A stretch of DNA of 64,000 nucleotides from Lama guanicoe. Lineage: Eukaryota. Location: positions 1,316,524-1,380,523 of the forward strand of contig MU053873.1 in the NCBI GenBank assembly GCA_013239625.1, read 5' to 3'. This document shows, in pieces, positions 40,798 to 53,314 of the stretch (its first letter is position 1; the number at the start of each line of letters is the position of its first letter). Below the pieces are notes generated by a model. The model was not told where the DNA came from. It was given only the letters and a program-made list of their open reading frames with translations, and did no database searches. A program made the translations under genes and the position numbers.

Positions 40798-41701
40798 TTA
40801 GAGTAGACCTGTCAGTATTTCTTTTAGCATGGGTTTAGTGTTGCTAAACTCTTTTAGTTTTTGCTTGTCTGTGAAGTTCTTTATCTCTCCTTCTATTCTA
40901 AAGGATAGCCTTGCTGGATAGAGTATCCTAGGCTGCATCTTGTTTTCATTCAGGACTTTGAATATATCTTGCCACTCCCTTCTGGACTGTAGTGTTTGTG
41001 TAGAGAAATCAGCTGAGAGCCTTATGGGGGCTCCCTTGTAACTCACTCTTTGTTTTTCTCTTGCTGCCTTTAGGATCATTTCTTTATCCTTGACTCTGGC
41101 CATCTTGATTATATCATGATATGTCTTGGTGTGGGTCTGTTTGGGTTCTTCCTGTTTGGGACCCTCTGAGCCTCCTGTACTTGGATATCTGATTCCTTTA
41201 GGTTTGGGAAGTTTTCAGTCATGATTTCTTCTGATACCTTTTCAATCCGCTTTATTCTTTCTTCCCCTTCTGGAACCCCTACTATGCATAGATTGGCATG
41301 CTTTATATTACCCCATAGGCCCCTTATATTGTTTTCATTGTTTGTTATTTGTTTTTCTCTCAGCTGTTCTGATTGGGTGCTTTCTGTTGTCCTGTCTTGT
41401 AGGTCACTTATTTGTTCCTCTGCATTATCTAGCCTGCTTTGTACAGCCTTTAAGTCAGCTCTCATCTCAGCAAATGAGTTTACTAATTCTACTTGGTTCT
41501 TCTTTATAGTTCTATTTCATTTTTGACATATTTTATATCTCTAAACACTATTTCTTTTAGTTCCTTCAGTACTTTGATCACTCCTTTTTTGAAATCTTGA
41601 TCTAGTAGGCCATCAATGTCTATTTCCTTGATCGTGCTTTCAGGGGATTTCTCTTGATGTTTTAATTGGGAGTGGTTCCTCTGCTTCTTCATATTGCTCA
41701 T
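40798..41701 (-). pseudogene. L1 ORF1p, full length with two frameshifts
   Basis: ORFs 41504-41701, 41109-41465 and 40798-41103 give coiled coil (RLDNAEEQISDL), RRM (NLCIVGVPEGEE, ENFPNL) and CTD (IRLSADFS, ILYPARLSF). Confidence 0.92.
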
Positions 41702-43048
41702 ATCTCTCTGGCACTGTGGCTTAAGGAGTATCAGTTATCTAGTTCTCCTGGAGACGGTGTGCTCTTAATGATTTTATGCTCTTAATTATTGAGAGGTCTT
41801 TGTGTCTTCGCCCTGTTTTGTGAACTCAGCTTGCTGTTTCCAGAGGCTCTCTGTTGGCGTCGTCTTCTGTGCTGCTCCCAGTGGCTGTCGGCTAGCAGAT
41901 CGTGCCCCCTCCCAACACTGCAGGTGCTGAGCTCTTATCCAGTGGGCGGGCAGGTCACTCCCCCTCCCAATGACGCAGTTAGATGCTGTGCTCTGGGGAG
42001 GCAGGTGGGCGGATCATGCCCCCTCCCAGCACCGTGGTCAGGTGCTGTGTTCCTGCCAGGAAGGTGGGTGGCCGCCTGCCCTCTCCTGGCGCCGGTCACT
42101 GTGCTGCTCTGTGCAGCTGCCCTCTCTGTCTTGGGTTGGCACTCCGTAGGCAGGCTCGGGGAAGACTATGGAACAGCCCTGCCCCTGCTCTGTGCCAAAT
42201 CTCAGCTCCTTGTTTATCTTGGTGGCGCGAGTTCTCTGAGGTGCCAGGGCAGAAAGATCGTATCTGCCTCAGGCTGTAAACAAGTCTCAGTCCTGCCTAG
42301 GAGGTTGCGGAGCCCCCAGGTGCAGGTTCAGGTCTTGGCCCCATCCCCACCTGGGCGCTTGTTACAGGAGGATATGGCGGCTGTGGCTGCGCCCTAACTT
42401 TCTTCTCACGAGAAGTGCCAGTAATGGTGTCGCAAGTCTGAGGAGACAAAGGCTACGATGCCCTTCCCCCCAGGGCACACCAGCCGTGTTGCTTTGCTTT
42501 TTTCGCAATTTATGGGGAACCGAGGTTGTTCTGCTGTGTATTGCCTCCCAGCCACGTTGTGCATCACCCTACAGTCCCCCGGGGCTGCCTCAGTGCAGCC
42601 ACCCCAGTCCTCTACTTGGCTCCGGCAGCCTTTCCTGGCCCCAGCTGCTGGCTCGCGTCTCAGGCTGGGTGTCACGGGGACCCTTTGTGCCCATTTAACT
42701 TAGTTCTGTCAGTTAAGGGGTGCTCGGGGCAGATCTGAGCCTTGGAGGCTCCCCCTCCATCCCACCAGCCTCTCCCTTGGAGAGGGGGACCCAGCAAATG
42801 AGTGCTAGTCCTCCTTTGCCACTCCCTCCCCACAGGATCAGTCCCACACTGTTTTGCTTTTTCTTCTTTCTTCTTTCCTTTTCTCCTACCAGATTTTTGA
42901 GGTCTTGGTCTTTTGAAGAGGGCGATGTTCTGTCGGAGTTTGGCAGGTGCTCTGGTTGGCTGAGTAGGTCTGTAGATGTGAGTTTTGGTGTATTTGTGGG
43001 AGAGGGTGCGCTACAAGCATCCTTCTACTCTGCCATCTTGCTTAAGTC
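41702..43048 (-). promoter_or_regulatory. L1 5' UTR internal promoter with YY1 motif
   Basis: Only GC/CpG-rich segment in the window; CAAGATGGC (YY1-type) on the minus strand at 43032-43040, 8 nt from the element start. Confidence 0.75.
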
Positions 43049-45974
43049 TGGTGCAAAGACATTTAATTAGGAAATGAAAGAGTTAGAATTTAAACCCAGT
43101 TTTGAAGGATTTGAAAGGCTTTGCTCTGTCCAGCATGGCCTCCCATGAAGAGTAGACTCTTCTTGCTGTTTATCTTATTTGGTTTTGCTGTGTTTTTATA
43201 CCATTTGTATTGGCACTTTGTTATTTCAGCAAAGGAAGCTATTGAAAAATATACATAAAAAGTTGATTAGTTGTAATTTCTTGTAAGATTTGAGAGATCC
43301 CCCTCCCTTCCCCAGCAGTCTGCAAGTGGTTAAACTTGATCATACACTAATGAAGAATTACAGAGTTATTTGTTTGACTTTGCCACTTGGGACACTTGGC
43401 AAATGAGACAATTCATCTCAGTGTGCAGCTAGTCTCATTTCTTAAAGAAAATTAATTAATGCAGTTTGTCTTCCTCCCATATCTCTGATTATGGTCCTTT
43501 TATTATACCTTCACTTTCCTGCTTTACTTTTCTTCCCTGGAAATATCAGTTTTTCCAAGGCATCTTTCTTTCTTTCAACCTAAGTAAAAGCAATTTTCCT
43601 CAGTAGGAGTGTGTATTTGTAATTTTAGTACACTTTAGGCAAGACAAAGACATTTGTGCAATATCCCATAGGAAAATTCCATAGTAAAGAATTTCAAAAG
43701 CATCAACCTCTCTTTTAAAGTGATGTAATAATTTTCTTGTATACTTGTCTTTAATATTCTTTGTCTTTTTCTTTTTGGCAGAGGTGGGTTAGTATTATAT
43801 GTATCTTACCCCAGTTGTCTTCCAGTACAACAGCTCATTACTTAAATGTATTAACAACATAATTTTGCTTTTAATACCTTTACATTTTAAAAATAACAAT
43901 ACCTTTGATTTTAGAACCATATTTTAGTGGTTTTTGAAGCACAAGGACTGGTTTTCTATAATTTTAACAGTTACAATAAAAAATGTAATTTCTTTGCAGG
44001 AAATGGCTTGGAGTAGTTTCTTACTCAGTCTCTTTGAATATATTTTTTTTCTCTATTTTCACCGTGTGGACTTCTCATTTTAAAGGTAGAATGATGACAT
44101 GCTCATTTTGCTTCTCTTTTGATATTCATCTGAAAAAGTCAGATTTCAGAAAATCTGGCTTTTAAATCACTTTTAACATTTTTTATACCCCACGGACCCA
44201 GCAAGGAATCAGTTTGGAAAAAAAAAAAAGATTGTTATCACTAATCTCCCATATCAATGTTGTATAATTTTTTTTTTTAATCATGCTGGTCAGAACGTGG
44301 AGAATTGGCATGAATGTATTTAAAGCCAACCAGATTAGAAAAGATATGGGAAAGAAATTGTGCAAGTGAAGTTAATTAAGAATTAAGCAAATGCCTCATA
44401 TTAAAGATAGCAGTTTGTAGTTTTATATTAAAATTAAGTAAAGGCAATATAGAAGTCACTGTTATAGATTATTCTGGTTTTCAGATAATTTTATGATATA
44501 TATAGTATATTGACTTCCATTTAACTGAAAATGAAATGTAATGAAATGGCTTGATTCAGTCATGATATGATATCAGTTTAACAATGGATACCAGTTTAAC
44601 AATTTTATTTTTCCTAAGATTTGGTAGTCTTTTCTAATTTTCTCATCAAATGAGGTTTTAGGATTATTGGATCATTTCATTCACTTACCTTTTTAAAAAT
44701 GTTGATTCTATGTAGATTACAGAAATACTGTTCCATTATTTGCTCCTGTGATAGCTGATATCTGGCAGTTGAAGGAATGGTAACCTTTAAAATGAAATAA
44801 CCTTGTCATAATATTGTGGCAGAAAACTGACAGGATAGTAAAAATATACTGGACTTGGAGGAGCATTCTAGGGGGAGCAGTTTACAGATATTTTTATTAG
44901 GGAGATTTACAGATGTTATGCTATTCTGTGTACTTAGTGTCAAGCTGAGGAGACAGATCAGACACATAAATCATGTTTGAGGATTCTAAGATAACCCAGA
45001 AAATCTTCAGATTTCTGAGAACAGCTGTAGGGTTTGTCTGCTATTCTTTTCTCTTTACCTTTTACTTACTTATTCCTCTTACTATATACTTTCGTTGAAT
45101 TATTTCATTGCAAATCTATATAATTGTGCCATTTCAGGTTCTTTCTGGGTTGGAGTATGGAGGGTTTTCCTTTCTGGCCTCAGTCTATCATGAGGTTAAA
45201 TCCATGGAAAGGATCTTCGGTACAGGGAAGAGACTAATTGTAGAATTAGACCTAGGGCATGAGTATAGGAAACAGTTTTGAGGTTGTTTACTCTCTAGAC
45301 TTCCAGGGAGGGATCAGAGGAACTCCAAGTATTAAAAATGACAAACCATGGGGTTTACCTGTTCCTACGAATAAATTTGATGTTCTGAAGTGCTAGAATC
45401 ATAAAGCTTCTAATAAAACTTTGGGGGTGATGGGTAATGACTGTAGCAGACTTTCTGAAGAGCAAAGACAAAAAGATATTGTTTATCAGTCTTTACAAAG
45501 TTGAAGTATATATCATGAACAAAATATAACCTCATATTAACTTTCCACCAGTCCTGTTGTGAAGTAGTATATGTCATGTTACTTTTTGTATGTTAATTAA
45601 ACATTTCAGATTTTTTTATACTTCTTCAGTACTCTGTTGAATTTCATATTGGATCATATACTTAATAGTAAGCTGTAAACCCAGTTTCTCCCTCCAGTGA
45701 TTATTAATTAATTTTATGTTGTACAGTTTTTTCATTGCTCAAAGATCCTTCTGGCATTGCTCTGATCTCGTAGCAGAGAAAACTATTCTGGAAGGTTACC
45801 CTGTTGTAATACCAAGTAATAATTATGTCACCACTATGACCTAAATAAACTTTTGGCTTGCTTAAGTTTAGAAAATCCTCAACTTCTCTGAAAAGTCATG
45901 AATTCAAACAGATATAATGGCAAGGTTTTTCTTACAATCTTCAGTTAGCTGTTGCTAACATTTGTCTTGAGGAG

Positions 45975-46195
45975 GCATGTCTAGGTTCAGATTTCAGCTC
46001 TGCTATTTACTTAGTAGTTGTGTTACTACATTGGGCAAGTTACTTAAGATCTTTTTGTTTAACTTTGATGTCTGTAAAATGTGGATAATGATATTTCTTA
46101 TCTCACAGAGTTGTTAAGCATATCAAATTAGATAAGACATAAAGCATTTAGAACAGGGCCTGGTACATACTAAATGCTCAATAAATGTCAATATA
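45975..46195 (+). mobile_element. MIR SINE
   Basis: TTGGGCAAGTTACTTAA...TCTGTAAAATG...GCATTTAGAACAGGGCCTGGTACATACTAAATGCTCAATAAATG. Confidence 0.85.
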
Positions 46196-46439
46196 GGCAT
46201 ACATAATGACGCATAAGTATATAACTAAGTATATTTTAAACACTTTAGAACAAAGTTTCCTTCATTAATTTTAATCTTCTTTTTTTTTTTCTTTTTTTTT
46301 TGCACACCTACAATATTACAAGGCACTGTAGAAGTTTTCTGGTGATGGGCTGATGAATTAGATTGAGTTCACCTTCAGGTTGTTAGGGGTTGTATAGTAA
46401 TAATTTTGACTTGTAAAAAAAAAAACCCTATGTCTGTGG

Positions 46440-47615
46440 ATTCATTTATTCATTCACTCATTTATTTAATAAATATTTATCATGTGTCTGCTATATAATA
46501 GGGATTTTTTTTTTTGGAGGACCTTGGCATACAATAATAAACAAAACAAACCAGATTTCTGGTCTCAAAGAACTTGTCTTTTTGTGGGAGGAAACTGGTA
46601 ATAAATATACTAGAAAAGTCATTCTAGATAGTGATAGTGCTCCAAAGAAAATAAATTATTTGATGAGATAGTGATTTGATCTCACTGTGGAGGTAGCCTT
46701 TAAACTTGGACCTGAATAACAAGATGGAATTAGCTACATAAAGATTTGGGGACAAAGTTTCCTGAGAGAGAAAACCACAAATACCTGAGACAGAAATGAA
46801 CTTGGGGTACTTGAGGTATAGAGAGACCAGTGTCCAGGAGCACAGAGAGAAGGAAATGGTGTCAGGGAGTTTGGTGGAGACCAGGTCATGAGACTTTGTC
46901 ACAGCATGTGGAAAGATGTTTGAATCTTACTGAAGTGCAGTGGAAAGCCACTAAAGAGTTTTAAGCCTGGAAATGCCATCATCTGAGCAGTGATTTGAAA
47001 AGATACCCATTGCTGCTGTGTGGATTGTAAGGGGTCAGAAAGGAAGAGCAGTTAGAAGATGAGTCCTGTTTCATAGTTTGAGTAAGTGATGATGATGACT
47101 GAAATTAGGGAAGTAGCAGTAGAGAAGAAGAGACAAGATTCTAAATGTATTTTGGTTACAGAGCTGATAGGGCTAGGTGATAGGATGGATACGGGGAGGA
47201 GGGAAAGTTAAGAATCAAACGAATAGATGTATGTATTTGCAAGACTGGGACATTGTGCTGTATACCAGAAATTGATACATTGTCACTGACTGTACTTCAA
47301 TTTAAAAAATAAAGAATCAAGGATGGATCCTAAGTTTTAGCCTTGAGTGATCAGTTGGATAAGAGGTGCTATTTATTGTAATAGGAAGACTGGAAGAGGA
47401 ACCAATATGGCAAGGAAAATATAAAATTTGTCTTGTCCTTGTTAAAGTTGAGGTGCTCCGAAACATCTAACTGGAAAGATTTTGAAGGCAATTGGGTATA
47501 AGAGTCTGCACCTCACTGGAGAGGTTAACGCTCAAAATACAATTTGGGAGTCGTAAGCGTATAGATGATAGGACTGACTGAAGTCACCTGGGGAGAGAGT
47601 GTAGGTGGAAAATAT
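46440..47615 (-). mobile_element. LINE-2 remnant
   Basis: Starts with the L2 tail TTCATTTATTCATTCACTCATTTATTTAATAAATATTTAT; purine-rich body like 14325-15560. Confidence 0.8.
47219..47311 (+). mobile_element. Very short (about 93 bp) LINE-1 3' terminus inserted in L2
   Basis: Similar to the reverse complement of 4822-4905; TSD AAGAATCAA at 47210-47218 and 47312-47320, preceded by TT. Confidence 0.8.
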
Positions 47616-48394
47616 GTTAAGACCTAGTATATTTCTACAATGGAGAATTTTGTTTTAAAAAATATGTTGTCTGTGAAAAAAAGAGAAGTCAGTTAAATAG
47701 TTGATAAGGTAGTTTTGAATTTAGAATGAAGAAATAGGGGCAACTTTTAGATGAAGAAACTTAAGAAAGTTGATTTGATTTTAGCTGGGATTTTGGGTTT
47801 TGTTTACATCCTGGGTTTATTTATATTAAAAAAAATATAAAGAACTTAAGTGCAGAATAGTATCTTTAGTTATATTGTTAAGGTCTTTCACTGTGTAGTG
47901 GATTTTGAGTCATTCAGTCCTTTCTGGATTAGAATTCCACTTTCACTATGTATATCCGTGTAATCTTAAACACTTGATCTTAGTCTTAGTTTCTCGTGTG
48001 TAAAATGGGAGTGAGGGTGTTTATCCATGTTAGATGTGTATGATATGTATTATATATATTTTGCCTAACTATACCAAGCATGTACTAGGCATTCAAAAGA
48101 TAGTTTTATGATATTCTGTGCTGACCTTTCAATTCTTTCTATATATTACTACCCTTTGACATATGTTGATCTTAGAATTCCTTACCGATTTGGGTGGTGA
48201 TCCTTGGTTTAGGTTGTAAACTTCCAATTTCTCAATTCATCTGTTTAAACTGGGGCTATTCTCTAAAGTAGGATATGGATAGCCACTTTTTCACTCAACT
48301 AAATTGACTTAAAGACAGCCAAAGCACAGCTGTGTTTGGGTTCCTTTAGCTGCCTCTTAGAGGCTTCCGGTTGTACTATTCAAAAAGCATCTCT

Positions 48395-48555
48395 TAAACT
48401 TCAGACTAGAAGGGACCTTAGGTATTATCTCTCCTTTGCCCTCCCTGCCTCACTTTCTGAAAACTGAGATGCAGAAAAGGTAACTGACTTAGCCAAGGTA
48501 GTAGAACAGCAAGTAGAACTGGGGTTTCTAATCCTTAGCCAAGTGTTACTGCCAC
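48395..48555 (-). mobile_element. MIR-family SINE
   Basis: GAAAACTGAGATGCAGAAAAGGTAACTGACTTAGCCAAGGT. Confidence 0.65.
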
Positions 48556-48984
48556 ACATGTGGGATTTAATACTTTATCTGAGATATTCATAGTTTGCTA
48601 GTTACATTCTTTTGGGAAATTGATGGTTTGTGAGTACTACAGAGTCCTGACATTCCTCAACATTTTATTTGATGATCACCTCTAACTGTGATCATATCAG
48701 AAATACAGGTTTGTTGCCACAGTGCAGACTGGAGATCAACAAGATTCACTAGCTGGATTTTATTTTGTGTTGTACAAAATAAATAGCAAGAATCTTTATT
48801 TAAAGTTATTAGTCTGAATTAACATTCAGAAAAAAATCACAAAGGGGACATTATTCAAGCCAGAAAGATGAAAGTACTTTGGAAAAATGTAAGAAGTAAT
48901 GTTTCATAAAAAATAAACAATGTTTCACTGGCTATTAAAGTGGTCTAAAAATACCTAATGATCTCATTTAATGTTGTTTACATA

Positions 48985-49228
48985 CCAGAGAGGCTTTTCC
49001 TGACCACTCTATATAAAATAGTGCCCTCTCACAACTCTCTGACCTCTACTCCGCTTATTTTTTTCATACCACTTACCACCATCTAACATGACACTTATAT
49101 ATATATATATACTTACATATATAATAAAATTGGTGATCAATTTATATATATTTTCTCACTAGAATGTAAACTTTATGAGGGCAGGGACTTTATCTAGTAC
49201 ATGGTTAGTGCTCAGAAATGCTTGCTTG
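48985..49228 (+). mobile_element. LINE-2 3' end
   Basis: CAGAGAGGCTTTTCCTGACCACTCTA...CACTAGAATGTAAACTTTATGAGGGCAGGGACTTT. Confidence 0.75.
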
Positions 49229-49229
49229 A

Positions 49230-49842
49230 CTGTGGAGAACAGTTTGGCGTTTTCTCAAAAAGTTAAACATAGAATTACTTACTGTATGATCCTGCAATTT
49301 CATTCCGAGGTATATATGCAAAATAATTTAAAACAAGCACTCCAGTAAAGGTACACACATTCATAGCAGCTCTAGTCACAATAACCAGTAGGTGGAAATG
49401 TCCATCGGTGAATGAATGGATAAACAAATTGTGGTATATACATGCAACAAAATATTATTCAACCATAAAAAGAAATGAATATCTGATATATTCAACAGCA
49501 TGGATGAACCTTAAAAGCATGTGCTAAGTGAAAAAAACTAAACACAGTAAGTCACATAATGCATTACTCTCCTTACGTGAAATGTCCAGAATAGATAAAT
49601 CCATAGAGACAGAATACAGATTGATGGTTTCCAGGGGCGGAAGGAGAAGGGGGAATGGGGAAAAACTGCTTAATGGGTATGGAGTTTTTCTTTGGAGTTA
49701 CAGAGATGTTTTGGAGTGATGGGAGTGTTTTGGAGCAATGGTGGTTGCACAACATTGTGAATGTACAAAATGTCACTGAATTAGTTCACTTTAAATGGTT
49801 AATTTTATGTTAAGTGACTTTCACCCCAATAAATTATTTTTA
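49230..49842 (+). mobile_element. LINE-1 3' end (L1MB-like)
   Basis: CTGTGGAGAACAGTTTGGCG...GAAATGTCCAGAATAGATAAATCCATAGAGACAGA...CACTTTAAATGGTTAATTTTATG. Confidence 0.88.
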
Positions 49843-51024
49843 AGTATTCATGCTTGCTTGCTGAACAGTGAAAGCTGTCAGTTTGTTTTGAATACCTGCT
49901 CTGTAGGTTATTGTGCACAAGACTGTCAATTACTAGCTCTGGGATCTGAGCAAAATGGGAGAGTAGGAACAAGCAATGATTAGATTAAAAATCTACAGAA
50001 CTGTTTGATTCATATGGGAGAAGGAAAATCCTTGATTGACATGGAGCACACCTAGAAATAGTTCCTAAAACCTGATGTAATATGAGGGACAGAGCAGACT
50101 AAGATTGCTGGTGCATGTAGACTCTCTGTGAGTGTGGCGTTCACTTGTCAAGTTCAGAAATGCTAATTCTTTGGCTCTTTCCTTCCCATGAGACTGACTG
50201 CCTATGTGACAGAGCTCATTTTACTTCCTTTCCCTTACTTTACCCCTATAGTGGATCCTATATTACAGCTGAAATCTTTCCAGTTTGGAGATGCAGTGAA
50301 AGCATTGCAGCCCCAAACCCCCTTTAATTGGCTAAAAGTATCATGTTGAGTGACATGATCTTTCTTTCTTGGGGAATGAAGGAGAACAGTACCAAGAAAT
50401 TAATCCAAATTCTGTCTCAACGTTTGAATTCAGTCTTTTCACCCCAGCAGCTAGAAAATCTTGCCCTTTTTCAAAATAGAACAAATTTTCTTTTCCCATC
50501 TTTTCACTTAATTTTATTCTGTAGCTTTTTTGGGCTCCACAATGATTGTTTGTCACATGCAGACTTTCTGTATTTTGCTAATCAGAATCTAGATAAATTT
50601 GGATTATTGGAAATTACAACCAAGTATTCAGACTTGGTGTTTTTCTTACTAAAGTATAGCCTTTTATGTATGTTCTATAGTCATGAAGCACTATTTTCCC
50701 CAATTTACCCATGTTCCCTTCTTTCTATGCCCCTGTGTTTAATTGTTAGCAATGGCTTCTCAATTACAGGCATCTCTCAAAATGGGGGAATATCTAAGCA
50801 GTAAGCCCAGGGTTATTCTTAAGTATAGATTGTAACTGCTTTTCTATGGAAATTAATAATGAACAACCAAAATTTCTGTGGTATGTCACCTGTTATATAA
50901 GTGACAGAAGTAAGTTAAAAAGAAACATTTTATTCTTGTAAAAGTACCTGTCTTGAAATAGCCAGTTTTTTATGTTGAGTAAATTTTATAGATATAATGC
51001 AATACATAACAAAGAATAGAATAG

Positions 51025-51225
51025 GAGTAGCATAGTGGTTAAGGGTATAGGATTTTGGAATCAGACCTAAACATGCAACCCTTCTCTGCTACTTGCTATC
51101 TGTGTGACCTTGGAGAAACCATTTAACCATAATAATCCTCAGTTTATCCATTTGTGGAATGAGGATGGTCAACCTATCTCTCTGGTGTGTACAGCCCTTT
51201 TGAAAAATAGGATCTGACATGTAGT
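51025..51225 (+). mobile_element. MIR SINE
   Basis: GTAGCATAGTGGTTAAG...CTGTGTGACCTTGG...CCTCAGTTTATCCATTTG. Confidence 0.8.
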
Positions 51226-53314
51226 CAGAGTGATTATTCTCTTAATGGTTTTGAAAATGCAGTAAGTAAATTTGCAAAGTAATTTCTCTTTTTGCAGCTG
51301 TGAACATTTGACTGTATTTTCTTGTTCTTGGTCTTCTTTCTTTGCTGTTGTCTCATTTGATAGGAAACGGTCTTAAAAGCATAAAAAAGCATATGCAAAT
51401 TTATGAATGAAATGCCCTTTTCTCCTCTAGAACCTCAGCATTTGACTTGGTTCTTATGTATATATGCAAATGAAACACTGAAGAACTGTAGACAGGACCT
51501 AAATAAAACATTGGCTTACCAGTCATTGTTAGTACGCTAGAGAAATGTGCCAGACTGCTTTTGACAGAACCAGAATGAAAGACTTTTTAAACAACGTGCC
51601 AAATACTAATTAATTTTCTGAACATATCAAGATTCCTACTGAGTGTATATTCCTAAGTCTTTCCGTAGAGTCTGTGACCTGATATTATTGCCAGAAAGTT
51701 GATGGTGAGGTCACAAGTGTGAAACTTTAGTTTTATAGCAAAATTGTTGGCATTAATCCTTAAGATCTATGTATAGCTTTGTTATAAGAGAAACAAGTAT
51801 CTGAAAAACAAGAGAAAGAAAATTGTTGGATATCTTTGCAAAAATTTTCCCAACTCATTAAACAAATGCTCTTAGCATGAATGCTTGTAGCAGCACTCTT
51901 GTTTCTCATATGCAGCCTTTGTGAGATTGCTGTGGTAATCATTGTGACTGACGGTTCACATCTGGAGACTTGTAAAATCTGCATATTGATAACCCCCATT
52001 TGGCCTTGCCTCATCTTCTGTAATGTAAGCTTGCTGCTTGCCTTTTTCTCTCCCTCAGGAAGGAGATACTCAGTCTGATAGGTAAAAATGGTATCTTTTT
52101 CTAGTTTTATTTTTCATTTCTTATATTTTTAAATAAATACTTAAAAAATGTGAATAAGCTCATTTTAATGGAGGCTTGGAGGGTAAGGGAAGAAAGAAGG
52201 GTAAGACAAGGGATTGAAATGGGTACGGAGAAAAAGGAGAAAGGAAATGGAAGAGAGAAATTGAGAATGGATGGCAGAATGGCAAAGATGAAGAGACTGG
52301 GGTGTTGGATATAGGGGTGGGGGAGAATGGGGAGAGAGGACAAAGATGGTTGTTTTGAGGTTAGTGTCAGTGAGAGTTTACACTTTTCATTTTAAGCTTT
52401 GGGGTTTTGATTATCATCTGTTTCCTACTGTCCTTTGAAAGTGTTTATTAAGTAATTATGGTTCATCAGCTCTAATACTTAAGTCATTAGAGGTTTTATT
52501 CTAAATGGGGAAATCAGAGCAGCCTATTAGAATGGAAATTCTCTTAGGTGCAACAGCAATGACTAGTGTAAAATCACATGAAGGTCAGATTTGTCATCAT
52601 CTTGTGGTTAGATATGTCTTTATGGTCCCAAAGAAAAGAAACATGTATTACCATTTGTATGAGAATTTACTGTGAGGATACATGTGCATAGCACTGAGTC
52701 ACCCTAATGGGGATGTACTCACCCCGATGCCAGCAGTGGAAATGTGGTGGTGGTTATGGAGAAAGCAGCCTGCTGATGGTTAACAACCTAAGCCAACTGG
52801 CTCTCCTCATTCCATCTACTGTTTATGTATTTTCAAGACAGACATTTGATTGGGTCAGCTTGCCCCTCTGCATTGAGTACCTCTTTTGGTTGTAGTTCTG
52901 TGAGGACACCCAAGAGAGGTGTTTCCTTTCCCTTGTACTTAGCCGGTATCCATAACCCTGACTTAGGCATTTGAAACTCAGTTCAGTCAGCTGTGGTTTG
53001 ATTTCTTTCTTTATTCTTTGAGTGCCTGCAGTGAGCTACTTGTGTGCTAGATGCTGGGAAATCAGAAGTGAGCAAGATAGGCCTTCCCATCCCATCCCAC
53101 TCTCATATTATTTTGACATCATATTATTTTCTAGACATCACATTTTATCTAGGAATATTCCACCATGTGTCTAAAAGACAAGGACTCTTTTAAACAATGT
53201 AACCAAAATATTAAATCATAACTAGAAAAAAGTTAGCAGAAGTTTCTTAATATCATCAAATATCTAGTCAGTATTTACCTTCCAGTTGTCTCAAAATGTT
53301 TTGTCAGTTTTGTT

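Larger units (their letters stand above)
39955..43048 (-). mobile_element. LINE-1 with intact ends but ORF2 mostly deleted (5'UTR-ORF1-spacer-ORF2 C-terminus-3'UTR), about 3.1 kb
   Basis: TSD TG(A/G)TGCAAAGAC(T/A)TTT at 39939-39954 and 43049-43064; GC-rich 5'UTR; ORF1 pieces; ORF2 last codons; AATAAA and A-tail. Confidence 0.93.

Noticed and set aside
41789..42397. 202-aa plus-strand ORF in the L1 5'UTR (ORF0-like idea)
   Set aside because: Starts at TTG with the first ATG near the end; GC-rich, stop-poor sequence; no recognisable protein
50328..50804. 158-aa ORF in unique sequence
   Set aside because: F/L/S-rich composition typical of T-rich non-coding DNA; no recognisable domain or exon borders
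51881..52078. Hydrophobic 65-aa ORF resembling a signal peptide, with a GTAAGC donor near 52025
   Set aside because: No recognisable protein or promoter context; hydrophobicity is expected from T-rich sequence
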